A stretch of DNA of 64,000 nt from an uncultured bacterium. GTDB lineage: Bacteria; Patescibacteriota; Minisyncoccia; Phycocordibacterales; UBA9973. Of this stretch, positions 20,187-30,200 are shown one piece after another. Location: the NCBI GenBank assembly GCA_903894565.1, contig CAITQP010000004.1, forward strand, positions 9,957-73,956, given 5' to 3'. Each line of letters begins with the position of its first letter. Position 1 is the stretch's first letter. The position numbers were made by a program, and so were the translations under genes. The notes beneath the pieces are model-generated. The model did not search any database, was not told the origin of the DNA, and saw only the letters and a program-made list of their open reading frames with translations.

Positions 20187-21461
20187 TTAATTCTTGAACG
20201 TGAGATTACTCAAAAACGGCTTTGTGTCCTCAAATGGACCAATGAGAGCGAGGTTGAGGTGCTTGTCGGTAAAGATTGTCTGCGCAATTTTCTGGATATC
20301 TTTGGCTGTGACTTTGCGAATGAGACGCTCTACTTCTTCTGGGGTTTTGATTTTCTTTCGCATGACTTCCTGACCTCCGTAGAAATTGGACCACGCATCA
20401 GATGACTCAAGTTCGAGCTTCATGTTCCCTGCCATGTATTCTTTGGCCTTGGCGAGTTCTTCGGCGCCAACAGGACTCTTGACCATTCGTGCACATTCGG
20501 CGAGAATTTCGCGAATGACTTCATGAACACGATCGTTTGAAACACCTGCGGCTATTTCAAAGAATCCATGATCCGTAGAATTGTCACTTGAAGCACGCAC
20601 ATAATACGCGACACCGAGCTCTTCGCGAAGCTTCACAAAGAGTCGCGAACTCATGCCTCCACCGAGGATGGTTGCAAGCACGGCAAGCGACATATTGCGC
20701 TTGTCGTAGGTATCGAATGTGCGCACACCGAGCACGAGATGTGTTTGGTCTGTCTTTTTGTATTCCAAATGTACAGCAGGTTTCGACTGCGTATCGATGG
20801 TCGCCTTCTTTGTTGATTTTGCGGTCGACTTGAGTGACCCAAACACACGCGCGATTTCTTTGGCGACTTCCTTTTCTTTGACCTTACCTGCGACTATGAC
20901 CGTCGTTGCTTTTGGAACGTAATGAGCCTTTTTGTATGCGACGAAATCATTGCGTGTCATTGCGCGTACATTCTCGCGACTTCCAGCAATATTCCACCCC
21001 GCTGGCTGATCACCGTAGAGAAGTCCTACAAAAAGATCCTGCACATGTCGGTGTGGCATGTCCTCGTACATGTTGATCTCTTCCACAATCACCCCTTTTT
21101 CTTTTTCCATTTCAGCTTCTGGGAACGTTGAGTTGAGGTAGATATCTGACACAACGTCGAAGACTTGTTTGAAATGCTTGGCGTCACTCTTGGCGTAGTA
21201 ACCAGTGTATTCTTGTCCGGTAAAGGCGTTGTATTGAGAGCCGAGTCCGTCGAGCTCGGCACTGATTGAATGTGCGGTTGGGCGTTTTTCTGTGCCCTTA
21301 AAACACATATGCTCAAGGAAGTGCGAGATACCATTCTTTTCCTTGGTCTCATATTTCGAACCAGTCTCAACAAGCACAAGCACAGTGACCGTTGGATTGT
21401 CCTTCATCGGCACAGTGATGACGCGCAACCCATTTTTGAGTTTTGTTTTTGTGTAATTCAT
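20187..21461 (-). CDS. M16 family zinc peptidase (insulinase-like)
   Basis: HxxEH motif HFLEHMCFKGT. Confidence 0.85.
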   Translation of the reverse strand: MNYTKTKLKNGLRVITVPMKDNPTVTVLVLVETGSKYETKEKNGISHFLEHMCFKGTEKRPTAHSISAELDGLGSQYNAFTGQEYTGYYAKSDAKHFKQVFDVVSDIYLNSTFPEAEMEKEKGVIVEEINMYEDMPHRHVQDLFVGLLYGDQPAGWNIAGSRENVRAMTRNDFVAYKKAHYVPKATTVIVAGKVKEKEVAKEIARVFGSLKSTAKSTKKATIDTQSKPAVHLEYKKTDQTHLVLGVRTFDTYDKRNMSLAVLATILGGGMSSRLFVKLREELGVAYYVRASSDNSTDHGFFEIAAGVSNDRVHEVIREILAECARMVKSPVGAEELAKAKEYMAGNMKLELESSDAWSNFYGGQEVMRKKIKTPEEVERLIRKVTAKDIQKIAQTIFTDKHLNLALIGPFEDTKPFLSNLTFKN

Positions 21462-21466
21462 ATTTT

Positions 21467-22819
21467 TTATACAAGTTCTGCGCGAATAGTAGTGATGAGG
21501 TCGGCAATGGGAACACGCTTTTGTGATCCAGTATCACGATCGCGCACAGTCACGGTATCTTTGAAGCTAGCGTTGTCTTCGCCGAGTGTATCGAAGTCGA
21601 TGACGATACACCATGGTGTACCAATCTCATCCTGACGGCGGTAGCGCTTGCCGATATTGCCATTGTCGTCCCACATGACTCGTCCGAATTCAGACTTGAG
21701 CATGCCGTAGACATACTGCGCCTTCTCAACGAGTGCAGGCTTATTTTTGAGGAGTGGACTGACCGCACAAATGACTGGCGCGATTGATGGTTTGAATTTG
21801 AGATACGAACGTGTCTCTCCCTCTTTTTCTTCTTCAGCGTACGCAGACGAGAGCAGAGCGAGCACGCTACGATCAACACCGAACGATGGCTCGATCACGT
21901 GTGGCAGAATTTTTGATTTGGATTCTTCGTCTTGGTATGAAAGATCAACACTTGATCCACGAGAGTGACTACCGAGGTCAAAATCTTTGCGGTACGCGAG
22001 ACCAAACAATTCTTTGCGACCGAATGGGAAATCAAATTCGAAGTCTATCGTGCGATCTGAATAGTGAGCGAGATCTTCTTTTGCAACTTCGAGCTCGTGG
22101 ACTTTCTGCATATCAATACCAACTTCTTCCATCCATTCGAGCATCGAATCTTTAAAATATTCAAAATATTTCTGCCAATCTTCAGGCTTCACAAAATATT
22201 CAATTTCCATCTGCTCGAACTCGCGCACACGAAACACGAAATCGCGTGGAGTGATCTCATTGCGAAACGCCTTCCCTATCTGCGCCATACCAAACGGAAG
22301 CTTCGGATGGAAGCTATCAATCACATTTTTGAAATTCACGAACATGCCAGCGGCAGTTTCTGGACGAAGATATACTGTTGAAGAAGAGTCTTGTACCGCA
22401 CCAATCTGTGTTGCAAACATCATATTAAATTGGCGTGCGGCGCCGAGAGTAGTACCACAATTCGGGCAATCTTTTGTCCCAGGATTTTTTTTCGAATCCT
22501 CGACTTGGTCTTCACGAAAACGATTTTTACATTTTGGGCACTCGACAAGTGGATCAGAGAACCCCGCCACGTGACCACTCGTCTCCCAAACTTTTGGATT
22601 CATCAAGATTGCCGCGTCGACTTCGTACATATCGCTCTTGGATGAGACGAATTTCTTGCGCCATGCGTCTTTGATATTGTTTTTGAGTGCTACACCGAGT
22701 GGACCGTAATCCCATGTACCGGCGAGGCCACCATAGATCTCTGAGCCTTGGTATATAAAGCCCCGACGCTTGGCAAGCGACTGAATCTTCTCCATAAGGT
22801 TGTCTGTAGTTTCATTCAT
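21467..22819 (-). CDS. glyQS: glycyl-tRNA synthetase (alpha2 dimeric type)
   Basis: Class II motifs and overall size/architecture (RRGFIYQGSEIYGG..., FRNE, GLAYR). Confidence 0.85.
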   Translation of the reverse strand: MNETTDNLMEKIQSLAKRRGFIYQGSEIYGGLAGTWDYGPLGVALKNNIKDAWRKKFVSSKSDMYEVDAAILMNPKVWETSGHVAGFSDPLVECPKCKNRFREDQVEDSKKNPGTKDCPNCGTTLGAARQFNMMFATQIGAVQDSSSTVYLRPETAAGMFVNFKNVIDSFHPKLPFGMAQIGKAFRNEITPRDFVFRVREFEQMEIEYFVKPEDWQKYFEYFKDSMLEWMEEVGIDMQKVHELEVAKEDLAHYSDRTIDFEFDFPFGRKELFGLAYRKDFDLGSHSRGSSVDLSYQDEESKSKILPHVIEPSFGVDRSVLALLSSAYAEEEKEGETRSYLKFKPSIAPVICAVSPLLKNKPALVEKAQYVYGMLKSEFGRVMWDDNGNIGKRYRRQDEIGTPWCIVIDFDTLGEDNASFKDTVTVRDRDTGSQKRVPIADLITTIRAELV

Positions 22820-22864
22820 ATATTTTATGTTATGCTTCCTCCTTCAGTTCTACCATACTCTCGA

Positions 22865-24808
22865 CTAGTTTGTAACTATCTGCCCTCCGGCAGGAAATCC
22901 TGGATCGTTTTGCAAGAGAGTCGAAATCGAGAATCGATTCATACTGAGCGCCTCCCCCGTAAACGTATCCTTGGCAGTCACCGTAGCATCAAGTACGAGC
23001 TTCGGTGTGCTTCCGACCTGAGATTTTGATGGATTCAAACGAACTTGAAACGAAACTGTGTGTGGATTTGTTATAATACCAGTGCCCGCAGGAACTTGTC
23101 CGATACTCCAATGAATCGTGCGGGTTGTATCATCATACGTGATCGGCTCACCATTTGGTGAAATAGTACCAACCCAATCTACATAGGTCGGAAGTTGCGC
23201 AATCGCATTTGCGTTCGAGAGAGCATTTGCAGAATTGGTCACCGCCCATGTCACAGTATATGTTGTCGGCTGATTCGCTTTTGGTGGGACAGGACCTGTG
23301 TTTGAAAATGGACCTGAATTGTATGAGGCTTGTGCCGTGAATCCAAGATCAGAACTCACAACGGCAGTCGCAGACGTCGTGTTTGTAATTTCGCTAACCG
23401 CTCCACCTTGGTCGGGTTGTTTGCCCTTCATTGAGAGCGAGAGTTTCACTTGTGGAGATGACAATGTCGTCCCGTTAGCAACGAGAGGGAGAACACTGAA
23501 TGTAAGGTCAAGCTGACCTTGATCCGATGGTTGTAGTGTCCCAAGCGCAGGTTCCGTTGTTGAATTCCATACCACAGTATGATTCGAAGAATTGTAAAAA
23601 CCATTTGGAGCAGTGACAGTAGAACTATCAAGCGCATTTCCAGAAAGTTGTAGAGTGACTTCGGCGTTCGTCACGATCGTTGGAAGATTGTTTGCATACG
23701 ACACTTGAACATTCACCTGACCTGAACTCTTTACCGGCACAGTATCTGCGACAACTCCATTGATTGCAATTTGTGCACCAATGAATGGCTTCACGAGACT
23801 CACGGTATCGAGAAATGAATTATACGTAACACCAATTTTTGTTTTGTCTGCATCACTCGCGGAACCGGTATAGATATGAAATGCACGATCTTCTCCATCC
23901 TGGCCATACACCGTTCCCGTAATTTTGATATCACGTTCAGCGCCGGGTGCAAGATCTCCCAAGTTCCATGTGTTGTTTATGGAGTCCGGAGTTGGATTAG
24001 CCTTGGTAAAATTGAAACCGGTTGGATAATCAATATGGAGCAACATCCCTGAAAGAGTATTTTTGGAATTTGATTTCGTTTTAACAGTGAAGGTTAATTC
24101 TTGGTTCGGCGTAATATTTTGCGGAGCATCTACCGAAAGAGCGACGGGTGCGGAACTAATCGTCACTGGAAAAGTACTCGTCTTTACAAAAATTGCGTTT
24201 GAACCAGATAGACGATATTGAAGTGTGAATGTAATATCCTGCACACTTCCCTCGGTGCCATAGAGCGTTGCGTTGAATGCTTTGGTCGCCGTCTTACCTG
24301 CGCCGATTGTGCCAAGTGAGTTCACGTCACGCACGTGTCCTGAACCACTCGTCGCATCACCACCCTTGTCGTATTCGATAAAGAGATCAGAAAGTTCGAG
24401 CGCGCTTGAATTTTTGTTCACAACCTCGACTTGGAGTGGAAGTTGTTCTCCTCCGGCAACGAATGAATTACCGAGCACATTTATATCAATTTCGTTGTTT
24501 GAGATCGTGTTGCTTCCCGTAAACAAGATGACCAGTGAGAATACAACTGCGAGTCCAGCAAAGCCAAGCGAAAAATAGAAAAATCTACGAAAGATTGATG
24601 GATGCGTAGCAACTTTCTCAACATTTTCTTTGGTGATTGTTTCCTTAACCCAATCTGGGTTCACTGCAAAACGTCGTGCATGCAGTGAGTCGATACGGCG
24701 AGGTTTACGGTCAGCCAAATCGCGACGATACAGACGATCGTTTACATCATCGAGATTGTGAACTTTGTTTTCGTCCTCTCCTCCAGTTCCAAATGGAATG
24801 CGTGGCAT
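22865..24808 (-). CDS. hypothetical type-II membrane protein with large extracellular beta-sandwich repeat region
   Basis: ~75-aa cytoplasmic N-terminus, a TM helix (FFYFSLGFAGLAVVFSLVILF), then ~550 aa of beta-rich repeats. Confidence 0.45.
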   Translation of the reverse strand: MPRIPFGTGGEDENKVHNLDDVNDRLYRRDLADRKPRRIDSLHARRFAVNPDWVKETITKENVEKVATHPSIFRRFFYFSLGFAGLAVVFSLVILFTGSNTISNNEIDINVLGNSFVAGGEQLPLQVEVVNKNSSALELSDLFIEYDKGGDATSGSGHVRDVNSLGTIGAGKTATKAFNATLYGTEGSVQDITFTLQYRLSGSNAIFVKTSTFPVTISSAPVALSVDAPQNITPNQELTFTVKTKSNSKNTLSGMLLHIDYPTGFNFTKANPTPDSINNTWNLGDLAPGAERDIKITGTVYGQDGEDRAFHIYTGSASDADKTKIGVTYNSFLDTVSLVKPFIGAQIAINGVVADTVPVKSSGQVNVQVSYANNLPTIVTNAEVTLQLSGNALDSSTVTAPNGFYNSSNHTVVWNSTTEPALGTLQPSDQGQLDLTFSVLPLVANGTTLSSPQVKLSLSMKGKQPDQGGAVSEITNTTSATAVVSSDLGFTAQASYNSGPFSNTGPVPPKANQPTTYTVTWAVTNSANALSNANAIAQLPTYVDWVGTISPNGEPITYDDTTRTIHWSIGQVPAGTGIITNPHTVSFQVRLNPSKSQVGSTPKLVLDATVTAKDTFTGEALSMNRFSISTLLQNDPGFPAGGQIVTN

Positions 24809-24846
24809 ATGCGCTATTTTATCACGCCCAGGAAATTTTAGCTCGG

Positions 24847-25458
24847 TTACAGTTGACTTGCGGCCAGTGCTTGGTTGATATCTCGAATGAGGCGGTGCTG
24901 ATATGCGATATCTGAAAATTCCTTTGGGATGATGGGGGCAGATTCGCTTTGCCAGAGTTCTGGTTGATCAGGTTCGAGAATAAGCCCTGGGGTCGCGCGA
25001 GAGAGGTAGCCGAGTGCGGTGAGAATACGGGCAACGGCAAGGAGTTCGAGCGCGCGATAATCTTCGACACGGGTGGTGGCGGATTCGAGTAGATCGTAGG
25101 TGCGCGTGAGCGCACCGTATATTTCGGTGTTTGCTTCCTCACCGGTCACAAGACGAATGAGCAGTGCTGCCGTACGCGCAAGAATGCGCTCGCTCTCACG
25201 AGCCTGACGAAGTCGCGCGTATGAATGCACTGGGGTCGCTGTTGTCACACGCCAAATCTCTTTGCCACGGACAAGGTCAACCTGCGCACGCGAAAAATCT
25301 TGCAAGGTGAATCGGAGTTTCGAAGAAATCTTTCGTATTCCTTGCGCGTGAGCATAAATCAATCCAATTTCGCGCGTATACAAAATGAGCAATTTTGAAT
25401 CTTCCCCTTTCGGTCGCGAACCGAGCACAAATGCTTCTGTGTGATGAATGTGGTGCAT
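24847..25458 (-). CDS. recO: DNA repair protein RecO (short, no Zn finger)
   Basis: N-terminal OB-fold pattern (EAFVLGSRPKGEDSKLLILYTREIGLIYAHAQG) and a helical C-domain. Confidence 0.55.
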   Translation of the reverse strand: MHHIHHTEAFVLGSRPKGEDSKLLILYTREIGLIYAHAQGIRKISSKLRFTLQDFSRAQVDLVRGKEIWRVTTATPVHSYARLRQARESERILARTAALLIRLVTGEEANTEIYGALTRTYDLLESATTRVEDYRALELLAVARILTALGYLSRATPGLILEPDQPELWQSESAPIIPKEFSDIAYQHRLIRDINQALAASQL

Positions 25459-25464
25459 GGAAAA

Positions 25465-26040
25465 CTATATCTTCAAAAATTCTTTGAGTGCTGTGAGTGC
25501 TTGTGGCAGTTCGCGCCAACCGCTTGATCCATTCAAATGTCCTCCATTCGGAACTGATACGACAGAACAACCAAGAGCTTTCCCGAACGATTCTGCATCT
25601 GAAAATGGGACAACAGGATCGTTGGCACCGTGGATAACGACAAACTGTTTACATGCGTTTTTGATACGAGTGAAATCAAATGGGGGTACAAAAAAACTTT
25701 CAAGTTTTGTTTTGTATTCATCTTCTGTATTTTGAAATGGTCCTGACACAAGGACCGCTCCGCCGATCTGTTCCCCTATCTTGAGCGATTGGAGATATTG
25801 TAAAATTGCAGGAGATCCAAGCGAGTGTCCGACAAGAAAAATCTGTTCCGAGGGCAATCCAACTGCGCGAGCAATTTCGTTTACCCATTCTTGTGAAGAC
25901 GGATTTTCAGGCGAAGGCATCGCGAGCGAGCACGCAAAAACATCTTTCTGCCCAAGCTGTGCCATGAGCCACGGACGCCATCCACCATTCGGTGTGCCTT
26001 CAAAACCGTGAATTAAAAATACACGTGGATGTGTGCTCAT
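25465..26040 (-). CDS. alpha/beta hydrolase, RBBP9/YdeN-like serine hydrolase
   Basis: GxSxG nucleophile elbow LVGHSLG; ~190 aa. Confidence 0.65.
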   Translation of the reverse strand: MSTHPRVFLIHGFEGTPNGGWRPWLMAQLGQKDVFACSLAMPSPENPSSQEWVNEIARAVGLPSEQIFLVGHSLGSPAILQYLQSLKIGEQIGGAVLVSGPFQNTEDEYKTKLESFFVPPFDFTRIKNACKQFVVIHGANDPVVPFSDAESFGKALGCSVVSVPNGGHLNGSSGWRELPQALTALKEFLKI

Positions 26041-26645
26041 ATTGATACTTTCTTTTCTCCTGTCTGAAGGCGCTCAATGCCTTCTACCAAATCAATATCG
26101 AGACGCACGGCTCGCTCGCCGAGTGCACGAGCAGTTGCAGCCGCGAGGTACAATTCGTCGCGGTCAAACACAATATTCATATCGGTGTGTCCGACTTCTA
26201 TATTTTTTGAATTAAATACATCAAATTCGAATCCAGCAGTTTGGATTGTTTGATACATACGATGTGCGGTGTCAGCAACATCCATTAGATTCCTGTGTAT
26301 CAAAAGTGATTCTTCGAGAAGTTTCGTTCGAACACCTTGATCAGGACCGAGTTTCGGATTTTTGAGTTTGATAGTGCCATTGAGTGCATCATCAGAAAGT
26401 GTCAACATTTTACTCAAATCGCCAAAACTCCCCGCCGTCGGCATTGGTGGAACAACCAATCCATTCGGCAAACTCAAAAAATCTGCCTCCAAATAATCGG
26501 GACATGATGGAATAGACAGTCCTAAATCACGGCGAAATCCTTTGACAGCCGAGAGGAAAAATTCGGTCATGTCAGACACTTTGGTGAGGTGATCTTGTTC
26601 AAGCGCTTTGCCTTCGTTCATGCGATCCGAAAAATCTTCTTTCAT
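26037..26645 (-). CDS. hypothetical protein
   Basis: ORF tightly packed (4-nt overlaps) in the operon; no recognised motif. Confidence 0.35.
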   Translation of the reverse strand: MKEDFSDRMNEGKALEQDHLTKVSDMTEFFLSAVKGFRRDLGLSIPSCPDYLEADFLSLPNGLVVPPMPTAGSFGDLSKMLTLSDDALNGTIKLKNPKLGPDQGVRTKLLEESLLIHRNLMDVADTAHRMYQTIQTAGFEFDVFNSKNIEVGHTDMNIVFDRDELYLAAATARALGERAVRLDIDLVEGIERLQTGEKKVSI

Positions 26646-27268
26646 TCCTCTATTGTACCAGAAAAAAATCCGAGAATACCACTCTCGAGCTCGGCAACTG
26701 ATTCAACGAAAAGAAAGGGTTTTGCGTCAGCCAGTGTGTTGCGACTTTGAAATCCCCACGTCACGGCAATCGAAGAAACACCACACTCATGCGCCTCATA
26801 CACATCGCCGCTCGTATCGGTAATGAATATCGTTTGGTTTGGCTCTACTCCATATTGGTCGAGCATCATTTTGATACGGACAACTTTACTCGAATCTACG
26901 TCGTAGCCAAGTACATCAGAGAAACAATCAGCTACGCCTTCGCGCTCGATGATATCTTTGATCGTTGATGTTTGTGAACCAGAAATAATTGCAAGTGTAA
27001 ATCGCGCCGAGAGTCGCTTGAGTAACTCACGAATATTTTCTGGCACTACAAGCGTGCGTGTCTCCTCTTTATATCGTCCGTGGAAATCTGGATGAAGTTT
27101 TGGCGCAACCATATTTTTGACTGCCTCAGAAATATTTCCATTAAACAACTGCTGATACTCAGGGAGTGATATTTCACTGTTAACCTCAGTCGTAATCCCA
27201 TACGAAATACCGAGCGTATCAACAATGACGCCGTCGAAATCGAACATGATGAGCGGTTTCTCTTGCAT
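26642..27268 (-). CDS. HAD-family hydrolase (PGP/PpaX-like)
   Basis: Motif I MFDFDGVIVDT. Confidence 0.75.
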   Translation of the reverse strand: MQEKPLIMFDFDGVIVDTLGISYGITTEVNSEISLPEYQQLFNGNISEAVKNMVAPKLHPDFHGRYKEETRTLVVPENIRELLKRLSARFTLAIISGSQTSTIKDIIEREGVADCFSDVLGYDVDSSKVVRIKMMLDQYGVEPNQTIFITDTSGDVYEAHECGVSSIAVTWGFQSRNTLADAKPFLFVESVAELESGILGFFSGTIEE

Positions 27269-27269
27269 G

Positions 27270-30200
27270 CTATTTCAAAACACGAGCAAGCACGGTCGCT
27301 CCCGCGACCTCTATCGCCTCTCCGTTCTCGAGTGAATCAACAAACACAATCTCGCGAGTAAGCACAGTCTTTTTCATTTCCGTTTCAAATGAAGCAACAA
27401 TATCTTTTGCATTCATCGAGAGCGTGAGCGTCACCACGTCGCTTGGTGTGAGTCCTTCTTTCTTGCGCAAATCCTGTACACCACGTACGAGCTCGCGGTA
27501 TTCACCTTCAAGTTTTAACACTGGGGTTATAACAGTATCAAGTTCTTGCTTTATTTCTTTTCCAACTGTAAATACAATCTCCTTTACATTTAACTCATCC
27601 TGGGCAATTTTTTTGTAATCATCAGACAAGTTGAGATCAAGAATAGAGAAAACTGAAAATTTTTGAAGTGGCTGTCGAACTTTTATACCCGCTCTCTGGC
27701 GTTCTTCAAGGCCAAGCGTAACAACCTGACGAAGATGTTTCATTTTTTCAATACTATGTAAGTTAAACTCGCTCGATGTTGGCCATTCAGTCAAATGCAC
27801 AGAACTAGCACTGTCTCCATGCTTCAAGCGTTGCCAAATATCTTCGGCGGTAAATGGTGCGAACGGTGCAAGCAATTTCGCGACTGTCGTAAACACAACA
27901 TACAATGTTTTCTTTGCATCGGTTTCGCCATCCTTGATGCGTTCGCGTGAGCGACGCAGGTACCATGTCGAAAGATCATCAACAAACAAATCGAATGGTC
28001 GTGTTGATTCAGTCATATCATATGCCTCCATGCCCTTCGTCACGTCAGCGACCAATTCGCCGAGACGTGAAAGGATCCACACATCGAGTACATTTTTTGC
28101 TTCAAACGAACCAATATCTTTCTCAAGATCCATATCGCGATAGAGCTCGTAGAATGTGAGCACATTTTGCAATCGGCCGATGAGTTTCGAAGCAATATCT
28201 TGCACAGCTTTTTCAGAGAAGTTTGCATCTTCACCTTTCATGAGTGGACTCGACATGAGGTACAAACGAAGTGGGTCTACGCCATATTTGTTGAACAATA
28301 TCCACGGGTCAGGATAATTGCCTTTTGACTTTGACATTTTTTGTCCGTCTTCGGCGAGTAATGTTCCTGTCGTCACGACATGCTTGAATGGTGCCGCGTC
28401 AAAAAGAATCGTCGAAACTGCATGAGTGTAATAGAACCACGTACGTGTTTGAGCAATATATTCAGCAACAAATCCTGCAGGGAAATTTTCTGTCTGCCAG
28501 TTTGGTCGCTCGAACGGATAATGATCTTGCGCGAACGGCATTGAGCCAGATTCAAACCAACAGTCGATGACTTCACTGATACGCGTGTAGAGAGTCCCTG
28601 CTTCATCAACAAGTTTGATCGAGTCAATATATGGTCGGTGCAAATCGAGTTCGTAACTCGCGTTGTGTGGGAGCGGCACGAATGCAAGCTCGCGCACTTC
28701 ACCAGGCTGAATGCGTTTCAAATTGAATACATCAAAGAGAATTTCGAGTGAGCGCGCATTGTCCGCACCTTGAATAAGCGCAGCGGTCGTTTCAAAGAAA
28801 ATGCCGTGCGTTACGATCAGAATTGTTTCATTCGCATACTTCGATTCAAGTTCGTAGAGGAAATCACCAAAACGTTTTTTGGTTTCGAGCAGTGACGACG
28901 CACCGAGTGGTTCGGTATAATCTTTCACATTGTTCTTACGATAGTCGATGAATTCCTGAAATGGTTTTCCATTCCATTCACCAAAATCATATTCGCGAAG
29001 TCGCTCGTCAGTCACGATATCTTCACGTGCGATACCAAGAATATCTGCAACGATTTGTGCAGTCTCTTGTGTTCGAACGAGTGGTGAGGCAAAAATCTTT
29101 GTGACCTTACGCGCCTTCAATTCTTCGGCGCGACTTGTGGCCTCGTTTCTTCCCTGCTCGGTGAGTGGGTACGTATCATTCTCGAGACTCGCCATGACTT
29201 GTGCCACCATATGTTCGGCATGACCATGACGCATTGCGAGATACGTGTTGCCAGATTTTTTGGTCTTGGATTTTAAGTCTTCAACCGATGAGACAAACAA
29301 GAATTTTCCTTCGTTAGACTTCCAAAATGGAAGCGGGCTTGCCCAGTAACGATTGCGTGAGATGTTCCAATCTGGCGCAGATTCCATTGTATTCTTGAAG
29401 CGACCTTCTTTGAGGTGTTCAGGAATCCATGCCATATCTTTGGCAGTCTCAAGCATGCGCGCTTTGGCCTTTTGAATATTCACAAACCAACTTGGCAATG
29501 CGTAATAGAAAAGTGGAGTCTCACAGCGATAACAGTGCGGATATGAGTGCATGATCTTTTCTTTTTTAAAGAGAAGACCTTTGGCCGCGAGATATTTGAT
29601 GATCTCAATATCTGCTTTCATGTGACCATCTTTTTCTGCCGATTTTGGCTTGATCGCCATACCTGCGAAGTCGGTGACCTCCGGAGCGAACTTCCCTTCT
29701 GGCGTGACGTGCACGATGAATGGAATATTTTCTTTCTGGGCGAGTGTGGCATCATCTTCACCAAAGGCTGGTGCTTCGTGTGCGATACCAGTACCGTCAG
29801 TCGTTGTTACGAAATCTGCCGCGACAACGGTCCACGATTTTGGATTCGCGAGGAGCGCCTCACCTTTTGTATAGTAATCAAATGGTGGTGTATATTTTTT
29901 GCCGATGAGTGCTGTGCCAGAAAATTCTTCCACAATCTCAAACGGCTTTTCTTTGAGCACTGCTTCTGCGCGATCCTTTGCGAGCACGTATGATTTGCCA
30001 CTTGAATCACCCGCGATTTTGACTTTGACATAGCGCGCCTCAGCATTGACTGCAAGTACGATGTCTCCCGGGAGCGACCACGGTGTCGTCGTCCATCCGA
30101 TCAAATTCACATTTGGATCTTCCACGAGTGGAAAATTTACGTAGACAGAAATATCAGCAATGTCCTTGTAACTATTGTCCATCGCAATTTCAGATTTTGC

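Noticed and set aside
28650-29255. Intein in IleRS
   Set aside because: The insert lacks intein splicing motifs (N-terminal Cys/Ser, C-terminal HN + Cys/Ser/Thr) and instead has histidine-phosphatase motifs.
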